A DNA stretch of 31,901 nt from Sphingopyxis sp. BSN-002 (GTDB lineage: Bacteria; Pseudomonadota; Alphaproteobacteria; Sphingomonadales; Sphingomonadaceae), in the NCBI RefSeq assembly GCF_022024275.1, contig NZ_CP091804.1, forward strand, positions 3,700,198-3,732,098, read 5' to 3'. Numbering within the stretch: position 1 is the first letter of the stretch; every line of letters begins with the position of its first letter. Under the pieces are notes generated by a model. That model made no database searches, was not told where the DNA came from, and saw nothing but the letters and a program-made list of their open reading frames with translations. This document shows, piece after piece, positions 1-9,297 of the stretch. The translations under genes were made by a program, and so were the position numbers.

Positions 1-211
1 TGCGGCCGACGCCGCGGAAGTTGAAGCGCAGCACGGCGAAGCCGCGCGCGACGAAGCTCTTGTACATCGCCTGCGTGATGCGGTCGTTCATCGTGCCGCC
101 ACCCTGCGGGTGCGGGTGCAGGATCAGCGCGACCGGCGCGCGCGGGCGCGGCGGCGGCGAAAAACGGCCTTCGATGCGGCCCTCGGGGCCGGGGAAAATC
201 ACGTCGGGCAT
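1..211 (-). CDS. alpha/beta-fold hydrolase, N-terminal part (runs off the left window edge)
   Basis: My reverse-complement translation from the ATG at 211..209 reads MPDVIFPGPEGRIEGRFSPPPRPRAPVALILHPHPQGGGTMNDRITQAMYKSFVARGFAVLRFNFRGVGR and stays open to position 1. The HPHPxxGGTMxN...LRFNFRG pattern matches my memory of a small alpha/beta hydrolase family. It is missing from the ORF track because it is partial. Confidence 0.6.
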   Translation of the reverse strand, partial: MPDVIFPGPEGRIEGRFSPPPRPRAPVALILHPHPQGGGTMNDRITQAMYKSFVARGFAVLRFNFRGVGR

Positions 212-315
212 GGGAGCACCTCTTGTCTTTTTGAGCTCAAGGCCGAATCGCCGGCTGGCGGGGTGGCGGAGCGAAGATGGCGCCTATATAGAAAACGGGT
301 AGCAACTTGCAACTT

Positions 316-332
316 TTGCGAATCGTTCGCAA
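316..332. promoter_or_regulatory. perfect 7-3-7 palindrome TTGCGAA-TCG-TTCGCAA, candidate operator upstream of the cysteine desulfurase gene
   Basis: Read directly from the sequence. It ends 19 nt before the ATG at 351 and follows several TTGC/GCAA motifs at 301..320. The binding factor is unknown. Confidence 0.3.
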
Positions 333-350
333 CAAGGACTCTCTCGGCGG

Positions 351-1442
351 ATGATTTACCTCGACTATCAGGCCACTACGCCGCTCGCTCCCGAAGCGCG
401 CGAGGCGATGCTGCGCTGGCTGGAAGGGCCGGGAGAAGGCGATGGGTTTGCGAACCCGTCGAGCACGCACAAGGCGGGCCGCGCTGCTGCGGCGGCGGTC
501 GAAGTCGCGCGCGATCGGGTCGCGGCGCTGCTGCCAAGGGGCGGGAGGGTGTTCTTCACCTCCGGCGCGACGGAGGCGCTCAACTGGGCGTTGTTCAGCG
601 GCGCCAGGGCGAAGCCCGGCGGTGTCGCGGGGCTCAGCATCGAACATGCGGCGTCGCTGCAGTGCCTCGAACGGCTGAATGCGGCCATCCTGCCGGTCGA
701 CGGCGCGGGGCTGGCGCTGCCGCCCGGGGATGCGCCGATCCCCGAGAACGGCATCGTCGCGACGATGCTGGTGAACAACGAGGTCGGGACGATCCAGCCG
801 GTCGCCGATTTCGCGGCGACCGCGCACGCGAAGAACAGCCTGCTGCTCTGCGACGCGGTGCAGGGCTATGGCCGCGTCGCGATCCCCGAAGAGGCAGATT
901 TGATCGCGCTTTCGGCGCACAAGATTCACGGGCCGAAGGGCATTGGCGCGCTGTGGGTGAGGGACGGGGTCGATCTCGAGCCTTTGATGTACGGCGGCGC
1001 GCAGGAGCAGGGGATGCGGTCGGGCACGGTCTCGCCTGCGCTCTGTGCGGGTTTCGGCGCCGCGGCGGCGCTCGCGGCCGAGCGGTTCGACAAGGATGCG
1101 GAGCATGCCGAGCGGCTCTGGTCGCTCGCAATGGATACGCTCCCCGAATGGACGCTCAACGGCGCGGCGAACCCACGTTATCACGGCAACCTCAATATCC
1201 GGCGCGAGGGCGTGAACGGGCTCCGCCTGATGTCCGACGCGCGCAATGTCGCCTTCTCGCTGGGCAGCGCGTGCGGCAGCGGGTCGGGCAAGGTCAGCCA
1301 TGTGCTGCGCGCGATGGGTGTCAGCGAAGCCGACGCGCGCGCCTCGATCCGTCTCGGTTGGGGACGCTATACGACCGAAGAGGCGTTGCGTGAGGGCCTG
1401 CAGGCGATCAAGGATGCGGCCCGGCTACAGGGAGTGAATTGA
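351..1442 (+). CDS. cysteine desulfurase (class V aminotransferase, NifS/IscS-like)
   Basis: 363-aa ORF. N-terminus MIYLDYQATTP, PLP-lysine motif SAHKIHGPKG and catalytic cysteine loop LGSACGSG are all family hallmarks. Confidence 0.9.
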   Translation: MIYLDYQATTPLAPEAREAMLRWLEGPGEGDGFANPSSTHKAGRAAAAAVEVARDRVAALLPRGGRVFFTSGATEALNWALFSGARAKPGGVAGLSIEHAASLQCLERLNAAILPVDGAGLALPPGDAPIPENGIVATMLVNNEVGTIQPVADFAATAHAKNSLLLCDAVQGYGRVAIPEEADLIALSAHKIHGPKGIGALWVRDGVDLEPLMYGGAQEQGMRSGTVSPALCAGFGAAAALAAERFDKDAEHAERLWSLAMDTLPEWTLNGAANPRYHGNLNIRREGVNGLRLMSDARNVAFSLGSACGSGSGKVSHVLRAMGVSEADARASIRLGWGRYTTEEALREGLQAIKDAARLQGVN

Positions 1443-1778
1443 TTGCGCGTCACCTTCATCCACGCCGACGGCAAGGGGCGCACCGAGGCCGAAGCCGAGT
1501 CGGGCTCCATCCTGCTCGACATCGCGCAGGCGCATCTGATGCCGCTCGAGGGGACGTGCGAGGGGCAGATGGCCTGTTCGACCTGCCATGTCATCGTTGC
1601 GAAGGAGGATTTCGACCGCCTGCCGCCCGCGAGCGAGATGGAGGAGGATATGCTCGATCTCGCGGCCGGCGTGCGTCGCACGAGCCGCCTGTCGTGCCAG
1701 ATCGTGCTGACCGACGATCTCGACGGACTCACTGTCCATATCCCCAGCGAAAGCCGCAACATGCAGGGGCCGCGCTGA
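1443..1778 (+). CDS. fdx: [2Fe-2S] ferredoxin, adrenodoxin/Fdx type
   Basis: 111 aa with Cys ligand pattern C-x5-C-x2-C (CEGQMACSTC) plus a distal RLSCQI. The TTG start directly abuts the upstream TGA (1440..1442), and a GGGAG lies about 8 nt upstream. Confidence 0.85.
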   Translation: MRVTFIHADGKGRTEAEAESGSILLDIAQAHLMPLEGTCEGQMACSTCHVIVAKEDFDRLPPASEMEEDMLDLAAGVRRTSRLSCQIVLTDDLDGLTVHIPSESRNMQGPR

Positions 1779-2659
1779 TGCGGATGCTCGCGATGCTGCC
1801 GCTGCTCGCGCTCGCAGCATGCGCCTCATCCTCGTCCGCTCCCGTCCGCGAGCCGACGGGCGATTCGGTCATTCTCGCCAAGCAGCTGGCCGACATCGAG
1901 CGGCGGTCGGGCGGGCGGATGGGCATCGCGCTGACCGATACGACCGGGCGGCTGTTGCTGGGGCAGCGCAGCGATCAGCGCTTCGCGATGTGCTCGACCT
2001 TCAAGCTGCTCCTCGCCGGGCAGGTCTTGCGCGGCGCGGCGAATGGCGGGCCGTCGCTGCGAACGCCGCTTGCGCTCTCGGCAGCCGATCTGCTGCCGCA
2101 TTCGCCTTACAGCGAGACGCAGGTCGGCTCCGGCGAACTGCGCCTCGGCTTCGCCGCCGAGCAGATCGTCAAGGTCAGCGACAATGCCGCGGCCAACCTG
2201 ATTTTGAAGGCGACCGGTGGCCCGGCCAGTTTCACCCAGCGCGTTCGTGCGATGGGCGATGTGGTTACAAGGCTCGACCGCAACGAGCCCGACCTCAACG
2301 AGAATGCTCCGGGCGACCCGCGCGACACGACCAGCCCCGCGGCGATGGCGAAGAGCGGCGCGATGCTGGTCTATGGCGACTATCTGAACGCCGACTATCG
2401 GCGCCAGCTGCGCGGCTGGCTGATCGACAGCGAGACCGGCCGTGCGCGCATCCGGGCGGGGCTGCCGCCGGCGTGGATCGCGGGCGACAAGACCGGGACT
2501 TGCGGGACCGCCTATAACGACGTCGCGTTCATCGAGGCGCCCGACGGCAGCAAATATATGCTCGCGGCGTTCCTCGACCGGCCCACCGTGACCGGCGATG
2601 CCGCCAATGCGCTGCTCGCCGAGGTCGGGCGCGCGATTGCGGAGAATCTTCCCGACTGA
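1778..2659 (+). CDS. class A (serine) beta-lactamase, predicted lipoprotein
   Basis: The track ORF 1439..2659 is over-extended. The in-frame ATG at 1778 shares one base with the fdx stop (TGATG). The product starts MRMLAMLPLLALAAC (lipobox LAAC). All class A motifs are present: STFK, SDN, EPDLNE (omega-loop Glu) and KTG. Confidence 0.85.
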   Translation: MRMLAMLPLLALAACASSSSAPVREPTGDSVILAKQLADIERRSGGRMGIALTDTTGRLLLGQRSDQRFAMCSTFKLLLAGQVLRGAANGGPSLRTPLALSAADLLPHSPYSETQVGSGELRLGFAAEQIVKVSDNAAANLILKATGGPASFTQRVRAMGDVVTRLDRNEPDLNENAPGDPRDTTSPAAMAKSGAMLVYGDYLNADYRRQLRGWLIDSETGRARIRAGLPPAWIAGDKTGTCGTAYNDVAFIEAPDGSKYMLAAFLDRPTVTGDAANALLAEVGRAIAENLPD

Positions 2660-2668
2660 CCGCGCGGC

Positions 2669-2697
2669 TTGCATTTCGGTGCCGTCGCCGCCATATG
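2669..2697 (+). promoter_or_regulatory. candidate sigma-70 promoter for the SRP RNA (TTGCAT-17 nt-CATATG)
   Basis: The hexamers and the 17-nt spacer were read directly. The last -10 base is 7 nt before the G run that begins the predicted SRP RNA terminal helix at 2704. Confidence 0.4.
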
Positions 2698-2703
2698 CGC
2701 CGC

Positions 2704-2792
2704 GGGAGTCGGGCGGACGCAGTCTTCGCCAACCCGGTCAGGTCCGGAAGGAAGCAGCCGCAACGAATTCGCTGCGGGTCGTTCCGGCTCCC
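2704..2792 (+). ncRNA. ffs: signal recognition particle RNA (4.5S RNA)
   Basis: Contains GGTCAGGTCCGGAAGGAAGCAGCC, matching the conserved domain IV core of E. coli 4.5S RNA (GGUCAGGUCCGGAAGGAAGCAGCC) including the GGAA tetraloop. The 5' GGGAGTCGGG pairs with the 3' TCCGGCTCCC over 10 bp including G-U pairs. It sits just upstream of dnaX. Ends are accurate to about +/-5 nt. Confidence 0.85.
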
Positions 2793-2841
2793 ACCCATTT
2801 CCCCCTTCGACAAGACCGCGGCACACCCCTAAGACGGGGCC

Positions 2842-4509
2842 ATGAGCGATTCCGCCGACGACGATATCCCGATGCTGGGAATGGACCTGCCCGAGACGGC
2901 GCCGCAGCCGTCGAGCGGGCCTTATCGCGTCCTGGCCCGCAAATATCGCCCGCAAACCTTTGCCGAACTGATCGGGCAGGATGCGATGGTGAAGACGCTG
3001 GGCAATGCGATTGCCCGCGACCGGCTGGCGCACGCCTTTCTGATGACCGGGGTGCGCGGGGTCGGCAAGACGTCGACCGCGCGCCTGATCGCCAAGGCGC
3101 TCAACTGCATCGGTCCCGACGGGCAGGGCGGGCCGACGATCGACCCGTGCGGGGTGTGCGAGCCGTGCCGCGCGATCACCGAAGGGCGCCATATCGACGT
3201 GATCGAAATGGACGCCGCATCGAACACCGGCGTCGACGATGTGCGCGAGATTATCGAGGCGGTGCGCTATGCCGCGGTCTCGGCGCGCTACAAGATCTAC
3301 ATCATCGACGAAGTGCACATGTTGTCGCGTAATGCCTTCAACGCGCTTCTGAAAACGCTTGAAGAGCCGCCGCCGCACGTCAAATTCCTGTTCGCGACGA
3401 CCGAAGTGAACAAGGTGCCGGTGACGGTGCTGTCGCGCTGCCAGCGCTTCGACCTTCGCCGTATCACCCCCGACATGCTCTTCGCGCACTTCAGCGCGAT
3501 ACTGCAGAAGGAAGGCGTCGAGGCCGAGGCGCCGGCGATCTGGCTGATCGCCAACGCCGCCGAGGGATCGGTGCGCGACGGGCTGTCGATCCTCGACCAG
3601 GCGATCGCGCACGCCGACCTCGATGGCGGCGGCAAGATCGGCGCCGATCAGGTGCGCACGATGCTCGGCTTGTCGGATCGCACCGCGATCACCCAGTTGA
3701 TGGCGGCGATCCTCGAAGGCGACAGCGGCGGCGCGATCGATTTGGCCCGCGCGCAATATGCCCTGGGGATCGAGCCCGTCGCGATGGTGCGCGGGCTGAT
3801 GGACCTGACGCATGCGGTGACGCTCGCCAAGGTGTCGCGCCACGACGACCCCGCGCTTGCCGCGAGCGACCGCGAACGGATCGGCGAGTGGGCGCAGAAG
3901 CTGGGTTTCGCGCCCCTCAACCGGTTATGGCAGTTGCTCCTGAAGGGGCATGACGAGGTGCTCCGCGCGAACAATCCGCTCGAGCATCTCGAAATGCTGC
4001 TGCTCCGCGTGATTTATGCGGCATCGCTGCCCGATCCGGGCGAGCTCGCGAAACTGCTCGAATCGGGTGGCGTGCCGACGATGCCGCTCGCCGCGCCTCC
4101 GGCCCCGGGCGGATCGGAAAGCGCGGCGGCCGAACCGGTTGCCGAGGTCGCGCCGTCGGCGCTGACGATCGCGCAGATCCATCAGTTGCTCGAAAGCACG
4201 GGTAATCATCAGCTTGCGCGGCAAGTTTATGATGACCTCAAGCTTCTGGAGCTCGAACCCGGCCTGCTCGTCTATGTGCCGGTTCCAGCGCTTGACGGCG
4301 ATTTTGCGCGCCGGCTGGGCGAAGCGCTGCTCAACCAGACCGGCAGCCGCTGGCAGGTTCGCGCGGGCGAGGGCGAAGGTCGCCCGAGTCTGGGCCAGAT
4401 GCGCGCTGCGAAGCTCGCCGACAATGATTCCCGCATTCGCGAACTGCCGGTCGTAAAGGCAGCATTTGCGGCTTTCCCCGAGGCAAGATTTGCCGACGAC
4501 AGTAAATAG
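2842..4509 (+). CDS. dnaX: DNA polymerase III subunit gamma/tau
   Basis: 555 aa with Walker A GVRGVGKTS, the Cys-rich zinc module CIGPDGQGGPTIDPCGVCEPC, an IDEVHML box and SRCQRF sensor motifs. Confidence 0.95.
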   Translation: MSDSADDDIPMLGMDLPETAPQPSSGPYRVLARKYRPQTFAELIGQDAMVKTLGNAIARDRLAHAFLMTGVRGVGKTSTARLIAKALNCIGPDGQGGPTIDPCGVCEPCRAITEGRHIDVIEMDAASNTGVDDVREIIEAVRYAAVSARYKIYIIDEVHMLSRNAFNALLKTLEEPPPHVKFLFATTEVNKVPVTVLSRCQRFDLRRITPDMLFAHFSAILQKEGVEAEAPAIWLIANAAEGSVRDGLSILDQAIAHADLDGGGKIGADQVRTMLGLSDRTAITQLMAAILEGDSGGAIDLARAQYALGIEPVAMVRGLMDLTHAVTLAKVSRHDDPALAASDRERIGEWAQKLGFAPLNRLWQLLLKGHDEVLRANNPLEHLEMLLLRVIYAASLPDPGELAKLLESGGVPTMPLAAPPAPGGSESAAAEPVAEVAPSALTIAQIHQLLESTGNHQLARQVYDDLKLLELEPGLLVYVPVPALDGDFARRLGEALLNQTGSRWQVRAGEGEGRPSLGQMRAAKLADNDSRIRELPVVKAAFAAFPEARFADDSK

Positions 4510-4519
4510 GTCCAAATCC

Positions 4520-4855
4520 ATGAAATCGATCGAAGAAATGATGAAGGCGGCGCAGGAAGCGGCTGCCACGGTGCAGGCCCAGATGCAGGAAGCGCAGGCG
4601 AAGCTCGACAATGTCGAGGTCGAGGGCGTTTCGGGCGGCGGGCTCGTCAGGATCACCGCGACCGCCAAGGGCCGGATCAAGGCGATCCATATCGACGACA
4701 GCCTGATCGTTCCGGCCGACAAGCAGATGCTCGAAGATTTGCTCGCTGCGGCGTTCAACGACGCCCGCGAAAAGGCCGACCACGCCAGCAACGAGGAAAT
4801 GGGCAAGATGACCAGCGGTCTGCCGCTGCCGCCGGGTTTCAAGCTGCCGTTCTGA
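4520..4855 (+). CDS. ybaB: YbaB/EbfC family nucleoid-associated protein
   Basis: The start is re-picked to the ATG at 4520 (MKSIEEMMKAAQE...) inside track ORF 4466..4855. Its size, its position after dnaX and the GGGLVRITATAKGRIKAIHIDDSL core are typical of the family. Confidence 0.88.
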   Translation: MKSIEEMMKAAQEAAATVQAQMQEAQAKLDNVEVEGVSGGGLVRITATAKGRIKAIHIDDSLIVPADKQMLEDLLAAAFNDAREKADHASNEEMGKMTSGLPLPPGFKLPF

Positions 4856-4941
4856 CCGGCCGTTCGCCGATCCCTAACGTCGCGATGACGATACAGCGCG
4901 GCGATCCCGCTTTGCCGGATTGCCCGTTCAGCGCTGCGTCA

Positions 4942-4969
4942 TTGAATGCGCGGCAAGTTACGCCATATT
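4942..4969 (+). promoter_or_regulatory. candidate RpoH (sigma-32) heat-shock promoter for lon (TTGAA-16 nt-CCATAT)
   Basis: cATTGAAtgcgcggcaagttacgCCATATta resembles the sigma-32 consensus CTTGAA-N13-17-CCCCATNT. It lies about 60 nt upstream of the lon ATG. Confidence 0.4.
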
Positions 4970-5028
4970 AGCGATGAAATGCCTATAAGAAGGGCGGAGC
5001 GCCGGTCGGTGCCCGCTCAGGAGTCCCA

Positions 5029-7425
<2,397 letters not shown>

Positions 7426-7504
7426 GTCTTCGGTGCCGGACGCCATTTCGTCCTATATTCGTCGCAAAATCGACGTTTTGGGTCGGTTTTCGCCCTTTTT
7501 TGCT

Positions 7505-7534
7505 TTGACAAGGCAGGGCTAAACATCGTTAGTG
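7505..7534 (+). promoter_or_regulatory. candidate sigma-70 promoter for hupB (TTGACA, 17-18 nt spacer, GTTAGT/TTAGTG)
   Basis: A perfect -35 hexamer TTGACA is at 7505..7510, with a weak -10 candidate 17-18 nt downstream. It is about 65 nt before the hupB ATG. Confidence 0.35.
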
Positions 7535-7595
7535 GCGCGCCATGGCTTCGGGCCATGAATCATTTATCCAACCATAATGCAGGGGTTCCTTAGGC

Positions 7596-7868
7596 ATGAA
7601 CAAACAAGACCTGATCGCCGCCGTCGCTGACTCGAGCGGCCTGACGAAGGGTGACGCGAGCAAGGCCGTCGAAGCCGTCTTCGACGCGATCACGGGCTCG
7701 CTGAAGAAGGGCGGCGAAGTTCGTCTCGTCGGCTTCGGCACCTTTGCTGTCAGCAAGCGCAAGGCCTCGACCGGTCGCAACCCGCGCACCGGCGAAACGA
7801 TGACCATCGCGGCGTCGAACCAGCCGAAGTTCAAGGCCGGCAAGGCCCTCAAGGACGCCGTCAACTAA
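7596..7868 (+). CDS. hupB: HU family DNA-binding protein
   Basis: 90 aa: MNKQDLIAAVA...GFGTFAVSKRKASTGRNPRTGETMTIAASNQPKFKAGKALKDAVN is a canonical HU sequence. Confidence 0.95.
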   Translation: MNKQDLIAAVADSSGLTKGDASKAVEAVFDAITGSLKKGGEVRLVGFGTFAVSKRKASTGRNPRTGETMTIAASNQPKFKAGKALKDAVN

Positions 7869-7897
7869 GTTGGCCGGCACCTTCTGGTGAAAACATT

Positions 7898-7925
7898 TCG
7901 GGCCGTGGCGCAAGCTGCGGCCCGA
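7898..7925 (+). terminator. hairpin TCGGGCCG-12 nt loop-CGGCCCGA followed by TTT, candidate hupB terminator
   Basis: An 8-bp GC-rich stem read directly, 30 nt after the hupB stop. The T tract is short. Confidence 0.45.
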
Positions 7926-8030
7926 TTTGCATCTGCGGGCGAAAATTCGGCAAATGGGCGTTGCATTACCGGCGCGAGCGGCTATGGCCGTCCGGCTTTC
8001 GGCGCATCGGCCATCGGTCGACCTTGGAAT

Positions 8031-8105
8031 GGGCGCGTAGCTCAGCGGTAGAGCACACCCTTCACACGGGTGGGGTCACAGGTTCAATCCCTGTCGCGCC
8101 CACCA
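8031..8105 (+). tRNA. tRNA-Val (anticodon CAC)
   Basis: Folded by hand into a 75-nt cloverleaf. Acceptor GGGCGCG/CGCGCCC, D arm GCTC-AGCGGTA-GAGC, anticodon arm CACCC-TTCACAC-GGGTG, T arm ACAGG-TTCAATC-CCTGT, with an encoded CCA end. Confidence 0.95.
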
Positions 8106-8140
8106 TTCCCCCCGGCAGCACCTTCGAAAGCGGACGCTGG

Positions 8141-8157
8141 CAGCCGAATATCGGCTG
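8141..8157 (+). terminator. short hairpin CAGCCGA-ATA-TCGGCTG downstream of tRNA-Val
   Basis: A 7-bp stem read directly with no T tract. The terminator role is uncertain. Confidence 0.25.
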
Positions 8158-8206
8158 ACGGGGTCATTCATCGCCTATTCAATGCGTTCGCACTAGGACC
8201 GTGGGC

Positions 8207-8515
8207 ATGTTTCGCATTCTGACCATAACATTGGCTTCCGCATCGCTTCTCGCCGCCGGCGCACCCGCCGCCGCGCGTGGCGATCGCGATCAGGACAATC
8301 TGCGCGAGGCCGCTTCGCAGGGACAGGTGATCCCGCTCAACCGGTTGATCGCCGAAGTGAAGTCCCGGCCGCCGTACAGCGGCATGACCTATCTTGGCGG
8401 TCCGCAGTTCGATTCCGACCGCATGCTCTATGCGCTGAAATTCATGGACGGGGCGCAGGTCGTCATCGTCTATGTCGACGCCCGCACCGGCCGCATCGTC
8501 GGTCGCAAACCCTGA
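8207..8515 (+). CDS. PepSY domain-containing secreted protein
   Basis: The ATG at 8207 is preferred over the GTG at 8201 because AGGA lies 8 nt upstream. It has a signal peptide (MFRILTITLASASLLAAGAPAAA) and a small domain ending YALKFMDGAQVVIVYVDARTGRIVG, which is PepSY-like. Such genes often precede OmpR/PhoR-type two-component pairs. Confidence 0.7.
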   Translation: MFRILTITLASASLLAAGAPAAARGDRDQDNLREAASQGQVIPLNRLIAEVKSRPPYSGMTYLGGPQFDSDRMLYALKFMDGAQVVIVYVDARTGRIVGRKP

Positions 8516-8631
8516 CATTCGCGAGCTTCCGGATCGTTTGTCGCAACGAGATTTTGCGATGAACGTCCGGACTTGATACACAGCCCCATCGACCGGCCCG
8601 ATGTGCCGGCGCGCAGAGGAAAGGCGCCTGA

Positions 8632-9294
8632 ATGCGGATTTTGATTGTCGAGGACGAACCCACGCTGGGCCCGCAGCTCAAGGCGACGCTCGAAGGCGCC
8701 GGCTATGCCGTCGATCTCGCGACCGATGGCGAGGACGGCCATTTTCTGGGGTCGAGCGAAAATTACGACGCGGCGATTCTCGATCTCGGCCTTCCCGAGG
8801 TCGACGGGCTGACCGTGCTCGACCGCTGGCGCAAGGAAAAGCGCAATTTTCCCGTGCTCGTCCTGACCGCGCGCGACAGCTGGTCGGACAAGGTCGCCGG
8901 GCTCGACGCGGGCGCCGACGACTATCTGGCCAAGCCGTTCCAGACCGAAGAGCTGATCGCACGCCTCCGCGCGCTGATCCGCCGCGCCGCGGGCAATGCG
9001 TCGAGCGAGCTCATCGCCGGCAAGGTGCGGCTCGACACGCGTTCGGGCCGCGTCACGCTCGACGGCGAGCCGGTGAAGCTCACTGCGCAGGAGTATAAAC
9101 TGCTGTCGTACCTGCTCCATCACAAGGGCAAGGTCGTGTCGCGCACCGAGCTGATCGAACATATCTACGACCAGGATTTCGATCGCGATTCGAACACGAT
9201 CGAGGTGTTCGTGACGCGCATCCGCAAGAAGCTGGGCGCCGACATCATCACCACCATCCGCGGTCTCGGGTACCAGCTCGACGACCCGGCATAA
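8632..9294 (+). CDS. OmpR/PhoB-family response regulator
   Basis: 220 aa with receiver motifs (MRILIVEDE, DAAILDLGLPEVDG, LVLTAR, DDYLAKPF) and a winged-helix C-terminus (LTAQEYKLLSYL...IRGLGYQL). Confidence 0.92.
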   Translation: MRILIVEDEPTLGPQLKATLEGAGYAVDLATDGEDGHFLGSSENYDAAILDLGLPEVDGLTVLDRWRKEKRNFPVLVLTARDSWSDKVAGLDAGADDYLAKPFQTEELIARLRALIRRAAGNASSELIAGKVRLDTRSGRVTLDGEPVKLTAQEYKLLSYLLHHKGKVVSRTELIEHIYDQDFDRDSNTIEVFVTRIRKKLGADIITTIRGLGYQLDDPA

Positions 9295-9297
9295 GCG

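Noticed and set aside
110-1393. 427-aa plus-strand ORF and the 354-aa minus-strand ORF (237..1301) overlapping the cysteine desulfurase gene
   Set aside because: These are alternative frames of a gene whose 351..1442 frame carries the PLP-lysine and catalytic-cysteine motifs. Both are Arg-rich low-complexity products.
1439-1777. N-terminal 113-aa extension of the beta-lactamase ORF (track start 1439)
   Set aside because: It lies entirely within the ferredoxin gene in another frame. The internal ATG at 1778 yields a proper lipoprotein signal peptide.
2512-3843. 443-aa minus-strand ORF
   Set aside because: It is antisense to the beta-lactamase 3' end, the SRP RNA and dnaX, and has no supporting motifs.
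2842-4509. Programmed -1 frameshift site in dnaX (E. coli-type A AAA AAG)
   Set aside because: Reading by eye, I found no A-rich slippery heptamer in the gene. As I recall, gamma in alphaproteobacteria is made by other means, if at all.
7961-8158. 65-aa plus-strand ORF
   Set aside because: It is read straight through the tRNA-Val gene and so is an artefact.
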